Part shown: one piece after another, positions 39,673 to 53,733 of the stretch | How the letters are laid out: each line of letters begins with the position of its first letter | Numbering within the stretch: the first letter of the stretch is position 1 | DNA from: an uncultured delta proteobacterium | GTDB lineage: Bacteria; Desulfobacterota; Binatia; Binatales; Binataceae | Assembly (NCBI GenBank): GCA_963724765.1 | Contig: CAVRVY010000004.1 | Span: 416,001-480,000 of the forward strand | Length of the DNA: 64,000 nucleotides | Reading direction: 5' to 3' | Position numbers and translations under genes: made by a program | Notes under the pieces: model-generated | The model's database searches: none | Told to the model about the DNA's origin: nothing | Seen by the model: only the letters and a program-made list of their open reading frames with translations

Positions 39673-40908
39673 TTAGACCGACTCCGCCGATGTTGCATCG
39701 GAACCCAGGAATGCGTCGTGCAGCGCCCGCATCGCAAGCTCTCCATACTTGGCGTTGACCACGACCGAGATCTTAATTTCCGAGGTCGCGATCATCTCGA
39801 TATTGATGCTCTCCTCCGCGAGCACACTGAACATCCGCGCCGCGACTCCGGCATGCGTGCGCATCCCCAGCCCTACGATCGAGACTTTCGCGACCTGATC
39901 CTCGTGGCGCACACCGGCGGCGCCGATTTCCGCGGCCATCCGCCGGCACAGTTCCAGCGCGCCGCGCAAATCGTCGCGTCCCACGGTGAAGGTGACGTCT
40001 GTGTGGCCGTCCGCGCTGGCGTTCTGGATGATCATGTCGACAACTATCCCGGCCGCGGCGATGGGCCCGAAAATTCGCGCCGCGAGGCCCGGCCGATCGG
40101 CCACGCTCGCGATCGTAATCTTGCTCTGATTCTGATCCAGCGTCACGCCCGAGACCATCACGTCTTCCATTGATTTGTCCTCCTGGCCGACCCAGGTACC
40201 CTCGGCCTCGCTGAAGCTGGAGCGCACCACCAGCGGCACGCTGTAGCGGCGCGCCAGCTCGACCGAGCGCAATTGCAGTACTTTCGCTCCCAACCCCGCC
40301 ATCTCCATCATCTCGTCGTACGAGACACGCCCGAGCTTGCGCGCGCGGGGGCAGATGTTGGGGTCGGCGGTGAAGACGCCCTCGACGTCGGTGTAAATCT
40401 CGCAGGCGTCAGCCTTGAGCGCCGCCGCGAGCGCCACCGCCGTAAGGTCCGAGGCCCCGCGCCCCAGCGTGGTGATGTCGCCCTTGGCGTCGACGCCCTG
40501 GTAGCCCGCCACCACCGCGATGTTACCGCCGGCGACCGCCTCGGTCAGGCGCTCCACCTCAACGGAGCGAATCTTGGCATTGCCGTGAGTGGAGTCGGTC
40601 GCGAGTTTAAGCTGATGGGCGAGAAACGAGACCGTGGGATAGCCGAGCGCCTGGAGCCGAATCGCGAGGAGCGCCGCCGAGACCTGCTCGCCAGTCGCCA
40701 CCAGCACGTCGGTCTCGCGCGGATGGGGTGAGTCGCTGAGCTGCGCGGCGAGCTTGAACAGCCGATTGGTCTCACCCGCCATCGCGGAGACCACGACTAC
40801 GACGTTGTCACCGCCGGCGCGCACGCGCGCGACGCGATCCGCCACCGCTCTGATGCGGTCAATCGAACCGACCGAGGTTCCGCCATATTTGTGCACGACT
40901 AGAGCCAC
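39673..40908 (-). CDS. lysC: Aspartate kinase
   Basis: KYGGTSV, VVSAM, TTLGRGASD, TDVEGV, ACT domains, TSEIKIS. Confidence 0.95.
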   Translation of the reverse strand: MALVVHKYGGTSVGSIDRIRAVADRVARVRAGGDNVVVVVSAMAGETNRLFKLAAQLSDSPHPRETDVLVATGEQVSAALLAIRLQALGYPTVSFLAHQLKLATDSTHGNAKIRSVEVERLTEAVAGGNIAVVAGYQGVDAKGDITTLGRGASDLTAVALAAALKADACEIYTDVEGVFTADPNICPRARKLGRVSYDEMMEMAGLGAKVLQLRSVELARRYSVPLVVRSSFSEAEGTWVGQEDKSMEDVMVSGVTLDQNQSKITIASVADRPGLAARIFGPIAAAGIVVDMIIQNASADGHTDVTFTVGRDDLRGALELCRRMAAEIGAAGVRHEDQVAKVSIVGLGMRTHAGVAARMFSVLAEESINIEMIATSEIKISVVVNAKYGELAMRALHDAFLGSDATSAESV

Positions 40909-41009
40909 GTCATCGCCGCCGCGGGATAACTCGCGGCGTAATCAGGTATTATGGCGGCAATGGGCGACGCGAACCAGAGCCCCGCATTGGCTTGTACCAG
41001 GGGGTAAGC

Positions 41010-41477
41010 TCAGGCGAAGCGCGAGCGCAGGCGCTCCAGCAGTTGCGCGTAGCGGTCGGAGGCGGCCACAAACTCGATTCGGCGCGCGCTCGGACTGACA
41101 TAGCTGATTCGCACCGAGAGCACTTCCAGCTCTTCGGCCTCGCGCAGCCGCTCGAACCATTCCACCGCGGCGACGCCGCTGGTGAACAGGTACTCGCGCA
41201 ATCCCAGGTCGTCGAGCCCGGCCTCCTCCAGACGATAGAGGTCGATATGGTAGAGCGCCATGCGCCCGTGATGCTCCTGGATCATCGTGAAGGTGGGGCT
41301 CAGGATGTCTCCCTCGCGAAGATTGAGCCCGCGCGCGAGACCCTTGATGAAACAGGTCTTGCCCGCACCGAGATCGCCCATCAGACCGAGCAGCTCTCCG
41401 CCTTCGAGCACCGAGGCCAGGCGCCGGCCCCAGCTTTTGGTCTCGTGCGCCGAGCGGGTTTCAATGACGAACGTCAT
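41010..41477 (-). CDS. tsaE: t6A biosynthesis ATPase TsaE
   Basis: GDLGAGKT, SPTF, HIDLYRL, VEW; start approximate. Confidence 0.93.
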   Translation of the reverse strand: MTFVIETRSAHETKSWGRRLASVLEGGELLGLMGDLGAGKTCFIKGLARGLNLREGDILSPTFTMIQEHHGRMALYHIDLYRLEEAGLDDLGLREYLFTSGVAAVEWFERLREAEELEVLSVRISYVSPSARRIEFVAASDRYAQLLERLRSRFA

Positions 41478-41549
41478 ATTCACAAGCGTGCGCCCACTGG
41501 CGATTTCATTCAAGCGCCGAGCGTGGCGAGCGCGGCTGACCGAGCGCGG

Positions 41550-43103
41550 CTAACCAAGCGCGGCTAATGTCGATGGCAGTTCGTCGGCCAGGTCACCGGC
41601 CAGGTAGCCGACCGGGCCTATACGCGCGGCTAACCTGTCGGCGGCATGACCATGAACGAAGGCGCCGAACGCGAGCGCGTCGAGCGGCGCCAACCGCTGC
41701 GCCAGCAGCGCGCCGACCATCCCCGAGAGCACGTCGCCCATCCCCGGCGTCGCCATCCCGGGATTACCGCTCGCGTTGATATACACCTCGCCGCCGAGGC
41801 CCGCGATAACGGTGCGCGCGCCCTTGAGCAGGACCGCCGCGCCGCTGAAATCGCTGAGCCGTCGCGCCGCGCCGATACGGTCGGCGTTGACCTCGACGAT
41901 ACTCAGCCCGAGCAGGCGCGCGGCCTCGCCCGGATGCGGCGTCAGGACGATCGGACCCGCGGCGCGTTTGAGCGCGCCCGCGCCAATCTGCGCGACCATG
42001 TTGAGGCCGTCAGCGTCGATCAGCATCGGGCGGCGCGGCGCGACGCCTTCGGCGATGAGCCATTCCATCAGCGCGCGCGTATCGTCGCTTTGGCCGATTC
42101 CCGGACCGACCGCGAGCGCATCCTTGCCTTCGATCAGTTGCGCGAGCACAGCCGGAACGTGCTGTCCGTCGAAATGGCCGTCACGGTCGGCGATCGGCTC
42201 GGTCATCAACTCCGCCTGTCCTGCGGCGACGATCGCGCCGATCGCTTCGGGAATGGCGGTAGTCACCAGCCCCGCACCCATCCGCAGCGCGCCGCGCGAG
42301 GCCAGGATCGCCGCGCCCGACTTGCCGCGGCTTCCCGCGATCACCATCACATGGCCATAATTGCCCTTGTGCGAGTTGCGCGGACGCGAGCGCAGATACG
42401 GCCGCGCCTCGGCCGGGTCGAAAAATCTGCCGCGCGGCGCGATTTCGCCGATCGCGGCGGCTGCGAATCCGATCTCCGCGATCTCGAGTTCGCCGCACAA
42501 CTCCGCGCCCGGGTAGGAAGCGTGGCCGAACTTCGCAAAGCCGAAAGTGACGGTCAGCGCCGCGCGCACCGCCGCGCCCATCACTGCGCCGCTGTCCGAG
42601 TTGACGCCCGAGGCGATATCGACCGCGACCACCGGAGCGCCGGCGTGGTTTATCGCCTCGATTGCGCGGCGTGTAAGTCCCTTCACTTCGGCGTTCAGCC
42701 CGGTGCCGAAGATCGCGTCGACGACTACGCCCCACCGTCCGCCCATCGCCGCGTCGAGTTCGGCCTCGCCGGCAGCTTCGATCACCACGCCGCCGGCCTT
42801 GACGAACTCTGAATGCGCGCGGGCCGCGTCGCCCTTGAGCGCCGACGCACTCGCGAGCAGGATCGCGCGCACCGGCACCTGCTCGGCCATCAGCGCGCGC
42901 GCGGCGACCATCCCGTCGCCGCCGTTGTTGCCCTTGCCCGCGACGACCAGGACGCCGTGATGCACCGCGTGACGCCATCGATGCATCACGGCCGCGGCGA
43001 CCGCCTCGCCCGCGCGTGTCATCAGTGCGTAGGACGCGACGCCATATTTTTCCTGGCTCAAGCGATCGAGTTCGCGGCTCTCAGCGGCACTTAGCAGCTT
43101 CAC
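41550..43103 (-). CDS. nnr: Bifunctional NAD(P)H-hydrate epimerase/dehydratase (YjeF)
   Basis: GKGNNGGDG, DAIFGTG, HKGNYG, IDADG, LTPHPGE, GMGDVL. Confidence 0.93.
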   Translation of the reverse strand: MKLLSAAESRELDRLSQEKYGVASYALMTRAGEAVAAAVMHRWRHAVHHGVLVVAGKGNNGGDGMVAARALMAEQVPVRAILLASASALKGDAARAHSEFVKAGGVVIEAAGEAELDAAMGGRWGVVVDAIFGTGLNAEVKGLTRRAIEAINHAGAPVVAVDIASGVNSDSGAVMGAAVRAALTVTFGFAKFGHASYPGAELCGELEIAEIGFAAAAIGEIAPRGRFFDPAEARPYLRSRPRNSHKGNYGHVMVIAGSRGKSGAAILASRGALRMGAGLVTTAIPEAIGAIVAAGQAELMTEPIADRDGHFDGQHVPAVLAQLIEGKDALAVGPGIGQSDDTRALMEWLIAEGVAPRRPMLIDADGLNMVAQIGAGALKRAAGPIVLTPHPGEAARLLGLSIVEVNADRIGAARRLSDFSGAAVLLKGARTVIAGLGGEVYINASGNPGMATPGMGDVLSGMVGALLAQRLAPLDALAFGAFVHGHAADRLAARIGPVGYLAGDLADELPSTLAALG

Positions 43104-43117
43104 GCTCGCGCGCTCCT

Positions 43118-43963
43118 TCAGCGCCGCGCCGCGCGGACGTCGCCGGCGCGGGCCCGCGGCAGCGCAGCGGCGCGTCCGCTGTCGACCAGCGCCAGCATCT
43201 CACTCACCGCGCGGCTCATCCCGACGGAAATCGCCCGCGCGACGATCGCATGGCCGATATGCAGCCACTGGATTCCCACCAGCGTGGCGATCGGAGCGAC
43301 GTTGCCGTAATTAAGTCCGTGGCCGGCGTTGGGTTTGAGTCCAAGCGCGCGCGCGGCCTTGACCGCATCGCGGATTTTGCGCAACTCCGCCGCCGTGGCC
43401 TCGCCGGTTTTGACTTTGGCGGCCTTGAGCGTGCGCGGCGAATCGACGCCGGTGAGATAGCGCTCGGCGAGATCCTTGTCGGCCAAATTGGCGTAAGCGC
43501 CGGTATGAATTTCGACGAAGTCCGCGCCCAGCGCGGCCGCGGCTTCGATCTGAAGCTGCTCGGGGTCGATAAAGAGCGATATCCCGATGCCCGCCTGCTT
43601 GAGCTGAGCGATCATCGGCGCGAGCCGCGCGCTAAGCCCGGCCACGTCGAGGCCGCCCTCGGTGGTAATCTCCTGGCGCCGTTCGGGCACCAGGCAAACT
43701 TCGTGCGGGCGAATTTTGAGCGCCAGCTCGACCATCTCGTCTATCGGCGCAAGCTCCTGGTTGAGACGGACGTGAACCTCCTGGCGCAGGCGCAAGAGAT
43801 CGCGGTCCTGGATATGCCGCCGGTCTTCACGCAGATGGAAAGTAATCGCGCCGGCGCCGGCGCGCTCGGCGGCGAGCGCCGCCTCGACCGGATCGGGATA
43901 GTCCACGCGCCGCGCCTCGCGCAACGTGGCAACGTGATCGATATTGACGCCGAGTTGGGGCAT
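43118..43963 (-). CDS. pdxJ: Pyridoxine 5'-phosphate synthase
   Basis: LGVNIDHVATLR, HLREDRRHI, TTEGGLD, EIHTG, AGHGL, IGHAI. Confidence 0.95.
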   Translation of the reverse strand: MPQLGVNIDHVATLREARRVDYPDPVEAALAAERAGAGAITFHLREDRRHIQDRDLLRLRQEVHVRLNQELAPIDEMVELALKIRPHEVCLVPERRQEITTEGGLDVAGLSARLAPMIAQLKQAGIGISLFIDPEQLQIEAAAALGADFVEIHTGAYANLADKDLAERYLTGVDSPRTLKAAKVKTGEATAAELRKIRDAVKAARALGLKPNAGHGLNYGNVAPIATLVGIQWLHIGHAIVARAISVGMSRAVSEMLALVDSGRAAALPRARAGDVRAARR

Positions 43964-43965
43964 CT

Positions 43966-45333
<1,368 letters not shown>

Positions 45334-45342
45334 AATTACGTC

Positions 45343-46374
45343 TCATCCGCTCCCGGCGCGCCTTTGCCGGTAGATTCTGACCCTGACATTGTCCGGGCTT
45401 GCGCGCACCAGTTGTATTCCGTCGGGTAGCTCTATCTGCACGGGGAGATCGTGTAATCCTGGCTCCGCATCTTCCGCCGTCACGAAGACCGAGCCGTGCA
45501 GGTCAAGGCCGGAAAGCTGGTTTACCGGTCCGCGCACTAAGACCGCGACCCGTTGCGGCTCGACCTTAACCTTGTAGTCGGTGTCGCGGACCTCGACCGG
45601 GAGACCGCGGAACTCGCGATCCGAGATGATTTCGCTTATCGAAACCGCCGCCGCTACCGCCTGCGGGCCCACGACGGTCACGCGATCACTGGGCGGCGGC
45701 AGGCTCACCGGCTGCTCGACGTCGGCCTTGGCGCCATTTATCTCGACCGGCGAGGTCTGGACGCTATCGACGTGCAGGACGAAGCGGCTAGGGCCGCGTA
45801 TAGTCGTGGCGGGCGGATTTGTCCTCGCCGAGACGACGCGATAGCCGGCAGCGGGCTGGCCCTGGACGTTCACATGGATAGGGACCTGGTGATCGATGAT
45901 GCGGTCGATTTCGAGCACGATCTGGCTGGGCGAGATGCGCGTCACGTCGGTCTGGCGCGGAACGTTGAACATCTCGGGCCCGATTTTGAACACCGCCTGC
46001 CCCAGGGTGACGCCGCTTAAGTCCAGGCGCAGCACCATGCGATCGGGATCGAGCAGCGAGAGCAGCGTGCGGGGCCCCCGCACTTCGATTTGCACGAACT
46101 CTGGACGCTGATTGACGATCACCAGCCCGGCCGGCAGCGCCCGATAGCTTATCGGCACGCGCATCGGGGCCAGCGCGCCGCGCTGCCCGGCGTTGACGAA
46201 AAACCAAAGTCCAATGGCAAGCAGAAGAGCGATCGCGCGCAGGCCCAGGTTGCGCCGCACGCGCTGGAGCAGGAGCGGCCGCAGGGGAGGACTTATCTGC
46301 CGCGGCACGTCGCCGCCCACGAGCAGCCTGGTCAATGCGCTCCTGAGACGGGTCGCGATCGCTGTGCGCTCCAT
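45343..46374 (-). CDS. cdaR: CdaR/YbbR-like diadenylate cyclase regulator
   Basis: N-terminal TM helix, repeated YbbR-type V.VRGP units; lies between cdaA and glmM. Confidence 0.85.
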   Translation of the reverse strand: MERTAIATRLRSALTRLLVGGDVPRQISPPLRPLLLQRVRRNLGLRAIALLLAIGLWFFVNAGQRGALAPMRVPISYRALPAGLVIVNQRPEFVQIEVRGPRTLLSLLDPDRMVLRLDLSGVTLGQAVFKIGPEMFNVPRQTDVTRISPSQIVLEIDRIIDHQVPIHVNVQGQPAAGYRVVSARTNPPATTIRGPSRFVLHVDSVQTSPVEINGAKADVEQPVSLPPPSDRVTVVGPQAVAAAVSISEIISDREFRGLPVEVRDTDYKVKVEPQRVAVLVRGPVNQLSGLDLHGSVFVTAEDAEPGLHDLPVQIELPDGIQLVRASPDNVRVRIYRQRRAGSG

Positions 46375-46389
46375 TGTACCGCGCTCCTG

Positions 46390-47139
46390 CTAGACCATCG
46401 TGACCAGGATGCCGAGCAAGTCCTCGGGACTCAGGCCGCGCTGCAATTCGCCGTTGCGTGCGAGCGAGATGGTCCCGTCCTCCTCCGAGACCACAATCAC
46501 CGCGGCGTCGCTGTCCTCGGTGATTCCGATGGCTGCGCGATGGCGCGTGCCGAGCGCAAGGTTCACGTTGGGATTGGTCGACAGCGGCAGCAGGCAGGCG
46601 GCCGCCAGCACGTGCTCGCCCTTTATGATCACCGCCCCGTCGTGCAGCGGCGAGCCGCGCATGAAAATGGTCTCCACCAGCTCGGGGGAGAGTTGCGCAT
46701 CGAGGATGCGGCCGGTCTCGACATAGTCGTTCAAGCCGACTTCCTGCTCGAGCACGATGAGCGCGCCGATCCGGCGCGCGGAAAGCCACGCGGCCGCATT
46801 GACCAGCTCCTGCGCCACGCTGGCCACCGTGACGTGGCCGGCCAGGAAGGTCGGCGTGCCGACCCGGGTCAGCGCGCGGCGGATATCAGACTGGAAAATC
46901 ACCACCAGGATTAAAAGCAGCGAGCCCAGGAAATTGTTGAGCAGCCAGTTGAGCGTGAACAGGCCCAGAAGCTGCGAGCCAACGAAAGCGCCGGCCACGA
47001 CCAGCAGGCCCACCACCATCTGCATTGTGCGCGTGCCGCGGATGAGCAGCGCGATTCGGTAGATTACGTAGGCGACAATCAGGATGTCGAGCACATCCTG
47101 CCATCGCAGCTTGGGAACCAGGCCGAAGTATTGCTCCAT
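46390..47139 (-). CDS. cdaA: Diadenylate cyclase CdaA
   Basis: Three TM helices, IFQSDIRRAL, PLHDGAV (DGA), GTRHRAAIG (RHR), VSEE. Confidence 0.94.
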   Translation of the reverse strand: MEQYFGLVPKLRWQDVLDILIVAYVIYRIALLIRGTRTMQMVVGLLVVAGAFVGSQLLGLFTLNWLLNNFLGSLLLILVVIFQSDIRRALTRVGTPTFLAGHVTVASVAQELVNAAAWLSARRIGALIVLEQEVGLNDYVETGRILDAQLSPELVETIFMRGSPLHDGAVIIKGEHVLAAACLLPLSTNPNVNLALGTRHRAAIGITEDSDAAVIVVSEEDGTISLARNGELQRGLSPEDLLGILVTMV

Positions 47140-47150
47140 AGCGGGTTGGC

Positions 47151-48020
47151 CTAGCCGCCGCCGTTGGAGGATTTGATTGCCGCCGCCATCTTCACCGCCG
47201 CCACCGCCAAGCCAACGTCATGCACGCGCACCAACGCAACGCCTGCGGCGACCGCAATCGCGCTCACCGCCGCCGTCGCGGATTCGACCGCGGCCGGTTG
47301 AGCGCCGGCCGTGACGCGTACGAAACCCTTGCGCGACGCTCCTACCAGTATGGGATAGCCCAGCGCGCAGAGCCGCGGCAAGGCGCCGAGCAGGGCGAGG
47401 CTATGGCGCGCCTGCTTGGCGAACCCCAGGCCGGGATCGAGAATGATGCGCGAGGGCGCCACGCCGGCGCGGATAGCGTCGCGCGCGCGCGCTGCGAGAA
47501 AGGCCTCGACCTCGCTGACCACGTCGCGATAGTGCGCGAACTTCATGTGATTCTCGGGGCCGCCGCGCATATGCATCAGGACCACTGCGCACCTGCGCGC
47601 CGCCACTAGCGGCGCCATCCCGGGGTCGGCCTCAAGCGCGCTCAGGTCGTTGACGATCGCCGCGCCCGCGTCGAGCGCGACGCGCGCGACGGCAGCCTTG
47701 CGCGTGTCGATCGAGATCGGCACGCGGAGCCGTCCTCCGAGCCTTTTCAGCACCGGCGCGACACGCTCGATTTCGATGGCGGCCGGAACCTCACGCGCTC
47801 CGTGCGGACGGGTCGATTCGGCGCCGATATCGATAATCGCGGCGCCGGCCGCCTCCATCTCCAGCGCATGATCGGCCGCGCGGCGCGGATCGAGGTATCG
47901 CCCGCCGTCAGAAAATGAATCGGGCGTGACATTGAGCACGCCCATCACGGCGGGAAAGCGGATAACCCGTCCGTCACCAAGACGAAGCGAGTTCCGACGG
48001 CGATGTGCTCTCACTTCCAA
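47151..48020 (-). CDS. folP: Dihydropteroate synthase
   Basis: MGVLNVTPDSFSDGG, GAESTRP, SIDT, DPGLGF, SRK, VRVHDV. Confidence 0.96.
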   Translation of the reverse strand: MEVRAHRRRNSLRLGDGRVIRFPAVMGVLNVTPDSFSDGGRYLDPRRAADHALEMEAAGAAIIDIGAESTRPHGAREVPAAIEIERVAPVLKRLGGRLRVPISIDTRKAAVARVALDAGAAIVNDLSALEADPGMAPLVAARRCAVVLMHMRGGPENHMKFAHYRDVVSEVEAFLAARARDAIRAGVAPSRIILDPGLGFAKQARHSLALLGALPRLCALGYPILVGASRKGFVRVTAGAQPAAVESATAAVSAIAVAAGVALVRVHDVGLAVAAVKMAAAIKSSNGGG

Positions 48021-48277
48021 GCCTGAATTCTCCGCAAGCCGGACTTAATTGACGCGCCTCCATCGACGACGCGCCTCTACTGAGGATACACGCGCGGCGG
48101 CTTCGACGGGACGGGGTACGACCGTAAATCGACGCACTGCGCCGTCAGATGAGTGCGCATAGCACAAAGAATTCGACTCGGGGCGGCGGGACGGAAGGGG
48201 ATAAGAAAAGGGCCCCTCGCTCTACCCTCCCCCGCATACAAATCGCGGGCGAGAACAAAAAAAACGAGAGCGGATAC

Positions 48278-50209
<1,932 letters not shown>

Positions 50210-50279
50210 TCTTGGTTAAAGGGTACCATGCGGCTTCATTTGCAAGCAACGCATCATTAGTTGAATCGCAAGCGCTTCT

Positions 50280-51758
50280 TCATGCGCGCATCGCGTGTTC
50301 AAACGCCTGTAAGCGCAACACCCGGACGGTTTCTTCTGTAATCAACGCGACCTTGCCGCGCACCATCCCCGGAACCCATGCGATCTGCCCTTCCAACGTA
50401 ATCACTGGGAAGGTTTTGCGGCGCGGCCGCGCCAGTTTGCGGTCGACAAAGATGTCGTGGAGCTTGCGTGAGCCTTCCATGCCGAGCGGAGAAACCCGGT
50501 CGCCGGGTGCAAAATTGCGCACCACCAGGCCGGCAGCGACGCGGTCGGCATCGAAGCAGGCCTCCTCAAGGCCAAGGGGCATCGATGCGGCGTCGGCCGG
50601 CATCACGCTCGAACGAAAGACGAAACGCGCCCCTGGCACCTTCGTGACACCCTTGCACGCGATGGCCACGGCAAATCCGTCCGCGGCGGCTGCGAAGCGC
50701 CGGCCGTCATGAGCCTCGGCCCGCGGTTTCATCGAAAGCGCGGCATAGCGGCGTTCGGCGCGCCAGCCGCTGGGCAGATCGAGCGCACCGCTGGGAGAAT
50801 TGCTCAGGCATAGCCGGCGTAGATCGTCGATATGGCGGCGCGTGAGGTGGCGAAGGCTCCCGATTCGCGCGGCGAGAAACTCTCGCAGGAGCGCCGCGGC
50901 TAATGCCGGAGGCAATCCGGCGAAGCCATTGAGATCCAAAAGATCCAGCGGGCCGCCTGACACGCTCTCCCGCAGACGCAGGCCAAGCTCGATTCGCGCC
51001 GCACCCGTGACGTAGTCGTCAAGCTCGCGCATCTCTGTGGCGAGCGCAGCGAGACGGCGGCGCAATCCCGGCGCATAGTCGCGCTCAAGCTCCGGCAGCA
51101 GCTCGAGCCGCACGCGGTTGCGCAAAAAACCCCGATGCGCGTTGCTGCCGTCGCTCACGAAACGCGCGCCGATCGAATCCAGGTAGCGCAGGATTTCGTG
51201 CCGCCCCACGCGCAACAGCGGCCGCAGGACCGTCAACCCGGTTGGCGCGAGAGTCGCCGTCTGGGCCATCGCGCCAAGCCCGGCCGCTCCCGCGCCTCGC
51301 AACAGCCGGAGCATCACCGTCTCGGCCTGGTCGTCCGCATGATGAGCGGTCGCGATACGCGACGCGCCAATTCGCGTTGCCGCGGCGGCGAGAAACGCAT
51401 AGCGGAGCTCGCGCGCTCGCTCCTCGAGATTGGGCGCGGCGGAATCGAGATCGCTTGATTGCTCGACCACCAATTCGACGCCGAGCGTCGAACAGAGCTC
51501 GCGCACGAAGGCCTCATCGCGGTCGGACTCGGCGCCGCGCAGACGATGGTTCAAATGGGCAGCCACCAGGCGATAGTCGAAGCGCGGCGCCAACTCGCGC
51601 AGGCCGTAGAGCAGCGCGACCGAGTCGGAGCCGCCCGAGAGCGCGAGCACGATCGATTCACCGGCCGATTCCGCGCAAGGATTGCCTCGGCCGAGCCCCG
51701 CCCGTTCGAGCGCCCGAGCAATCTTGCCAACCAGGTATGATTTTGCCGCGGAGTTCAT
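50280..51758 (-). CDS. tilS: tRNA(Ile)-lysidine synthetase
   Basis: LSGGSDS, HLNHRLRG, ARELRY, AHHADDQAET, RPLL, RNRVR; start approximate. Confidence 0.93.
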   Translation of the reverse strand: MNSAAKSYLVGKIARALERAGLGRGNPCAESAGESIVLALSGGSDSVALLYGLRELAPRFDYRLVAAHLNHRLRGAESDRDEAFVRELCSTLGVELVVEQSSDLDSAAPNLEERARELRYAFLAAAATRIGASRIATAHHADDQAETVMLRLLRGAGAAGLGAMAQTATLAPTGLTVLRPLLRVGRHEILRYLDSIGARFVSDGSNAHRGFLRNRVRLELLPELERDYAPGLRRRLAALATEMRELDDYVTGAARIELGLRLRESVSGGPLDLLDLNGFAGLPPALAAALLREFLAARIGSLRHLTRRHIDDLRRLCLSNSPSGALDLPSGWRAERRYAALSMKPRAEAHDGRRFAAAADGFAVAIACKGVTKVPGARFVFRSSVMPADAASMPLGLEEACFDADRVAAGLVVRNFAPGDRVSPLGMEGSRKLHDIFVDRKLARPRRKTFPVITLEGQIAWVPGMVRGKVALITEETVRVLRLQAFEHAMRA

Positions 51759-51875
51759 CGCGCATGCGGGCATCTGATGCCGGCCCGAGGCGGAGCGTAA
51801 AGAGTACGACGGCACTTCCGACACCGCAATCGCAGTATGTCTGTCGCCATTGCCGCACAAGGAGCGCAAGCGCGC

Positions 51876-52202
51876 TCAGCGATGCATTTGGTCGAGCAGG
51901 TTGAGGATTATGTCGATGCCCGGGAGGTTCACCTCGAGCTCCTCGGCGAGCGTGCGGATGAGTCTCGCGCGCCGCAGCGTCTGCGAGGCGTAGAGCGGCT
52001 CGCGGCGCCCGTCGAGCATGACCACGCGCTCTGGAGCAACCAGCGCTTCGTCCTCCCACCTCGCAAGCTCGCGCTCGCTCACGCCGCTCAGCACGCAAAA
52101 CGCGTCGCGGCTGACGAGGGCCGGCGCACCGGAAGCCCGGCGGCGGCGGCCGGGTCCGCGCCGCTGCACAGTGCTGGCACGCCGCTTCATGGGACTACTC
52201 AC
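51876..52202 (-). CDS. cbpM: Chaperone modulator CbpM / MerR-like protein
   Basis: [18 protein letters not shown]; overlaps the end of the DnaJ-like gene. Confidence 0.75.
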   Translation of the reverse strand: MSSPMKRRASTVQRRGPGRRRRASGAPALVSRDAFCVLSGVSERELARWEDEALVAPERVVMLDGRREPLYASQTLRRARLIRTLAEELEVNLPGIDIILNLLDQMHR

Positions 52203-53316
52203 GGATCAAGTCGGCTCGCGGGTCGGGCACCGCGCGCGCCTGGCGCCGCTCCGCGAAATCCTGCATCAGTTTGCGTTCTTCATCGGTCATATCGATCGGA
52301 GCCAACACCTTGAGTTCATACAAGAGGTCGCCCGCCGCCTCTTTGCCGCGTCCGGGCAGTCCGCGCCCGCGCAGCCGCATCACCCGCCCGGTCTGACTGC
52401 CGGAGGGAATTTTCAATGACACCCGCCCGTCGAGCGTTGGCACGGTTATCTCGGCGCCCAGCGCCGCTTCGTAGTCCCATACCGGCAACTCGCATCGCAG
52501 GTCGCGCCCGCTGACGCTGAAGACGCGATCGGGCTTAAGGCGCACGGTGAGGAAGAGGTCGCCGTTGAATTCCGGGCGCGGACCCTTGCCGCCCTGCCCT
52601 TTAAGCCGCATCCGGGTGCCGTCGAACACGCCCGGCGGAATCGTCACCTCGAGCGAACGGCGGGCCAGGATAGTCCCACGGCCGTGACATACCGGGCAGG
52701 GCTCGGCGGCGCGGACGACGCGCGTTTTGCCGCGGCGCTCTTCGCGCGCGACCACGCCGGTGCCGCCGCAATTCGTGCAGCCGTCTTCGGCGTTGAGCTC
52801 GATACGCATCTTGGCGCCGCGCATCGCGTCGCGCAGCGGGACCTCGACCTGGGCGTCGATATCGCGGCCGCGTGGCGGCTCTTCGCTGAATTCGTAGCCC
52901 GAAAAGCCGCGCGGCGCGCGGCCAGTAGCGCCGCGGCCGGAAAATCCGCCACCCAGGCCGCCGAAGAATTGCTCGAAGAAGTCGCTGAAGCCGCCGCCGC
53001 CAGCGCCGGCGTCGCCCGGACTGTAACCGCCGCTGCCGGGCGGCGCGCCACTCCAGCCATAGCGGCGCCGCATCTCCTCTTCAGTGGTGCCGCGCTCCCA
53101 GTCCGCTCCAAGCTCGTCGTACTTCTTGCGCTTGGCCGAATCGCTGAGGACCTGGTAGGCCTCGTTGATCTGCTTGAAGCGGGTCTCGGCGTCCTTGTTG
53201 TTGGGATTGACGTCGGGATGATGCTTGCGGGCGAGTTTGCGGTAGGCCGACTTGATTTCGGCCGCCGAAGCGCCGCGCTCGACGCCCAGGGTCTTGTAGT
53301 AGTCGCGGAATTCCAT
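52195..53316 (-). CDS. cbpA: DnaJ/CbpA-like co-chaperone with two CxxCxGxG repeats
   Basis: [13 protein letters not shown] region, CTNCGGTG and CPVCHGRG, DnaJ C-terminal domain. Confidence 0.85.
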   Translation of the reverse strand: MEFRDYYKTLGVERGASAAEIKSAYRKLARKHHPDVNPNNKDAETRFKQINEAYQVLSDSAKRKKYDELGADWERGTTEEEMRRRYGWSGAPPGSGGYSPGDAGAGGGGFSDFFEQFFGGLGGGFSGRGATGRAPRGFSGYEFSEEPPRGRDIDAQVEVPLRDAMRGAKMRIELNAEDGCTNCGGTGVVAREERRGKTRVVRAAEPCPVCHGRGTILARRSLEVTIPPGVFDGTRMRLKGQGGKGPRPEFNGDLFLTVRLKPDRVFSVSGRDLRCELPVWDYEAALGAEITVPTLDGRVSLKIPSGSQTGRVMRLRGRGLPGRGKEAAGDLLYELKVLAPIDMTDEERKLMQDFAERRQARAVPDPRADLIRE

Positions 53317-53463
53317 CTAGGCGGCGGTCACTCCCACTGGCACGGCCTCATCAACGATATCCTCCCGGATATTGTCCCGCACAATATGACGCATCAGGTA
53401 CTATGACGCATCCGGTGTAAAGATGCGCACGATTGTTCGCCCTCGCAAGCCGCCGCTTGGAAT

Positions 53464-53652
53464 TCAGGAGCCCGCGCGGAGCTCGGCTCCTTTGGCGGCG
53501 CCGGCGGCTTTATCGAGCGCCCGCATCCGCGCTTCCATCGCTCGCAGCTCGGCCTCCAACGCCACCTGGCGGCGCCAGATGAAGAGCACGTAGCCAAAGA
53601 TCACAGCGAAGATTATCGCGTAGGCGGCGAACAGGTAGCTCAGGTTGTCCAT
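53464..53652 (-). CDS. ccmD: Heme exporter CcmD-family protein
   Basis: YLFAAYAIIFAVIFGYV TM helix plus basic coiled tail; last gene of the ccm operon. Confidence 0.75.
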   Translation of the reverse strand: MDNLSYLFAAYAIIFAVIFGYVLFIWRRQVALEAELRAMEARMRALDKAAGAAKGAELRAGS

Positions 53653-53733
53653 TAGCGATTTCTCGCGCAGCGATAACACGTCCAACGGATTCTCTGACGG
53701 CAAATTCTCTGCCCGCGATTTCCAGTCAGGTTT

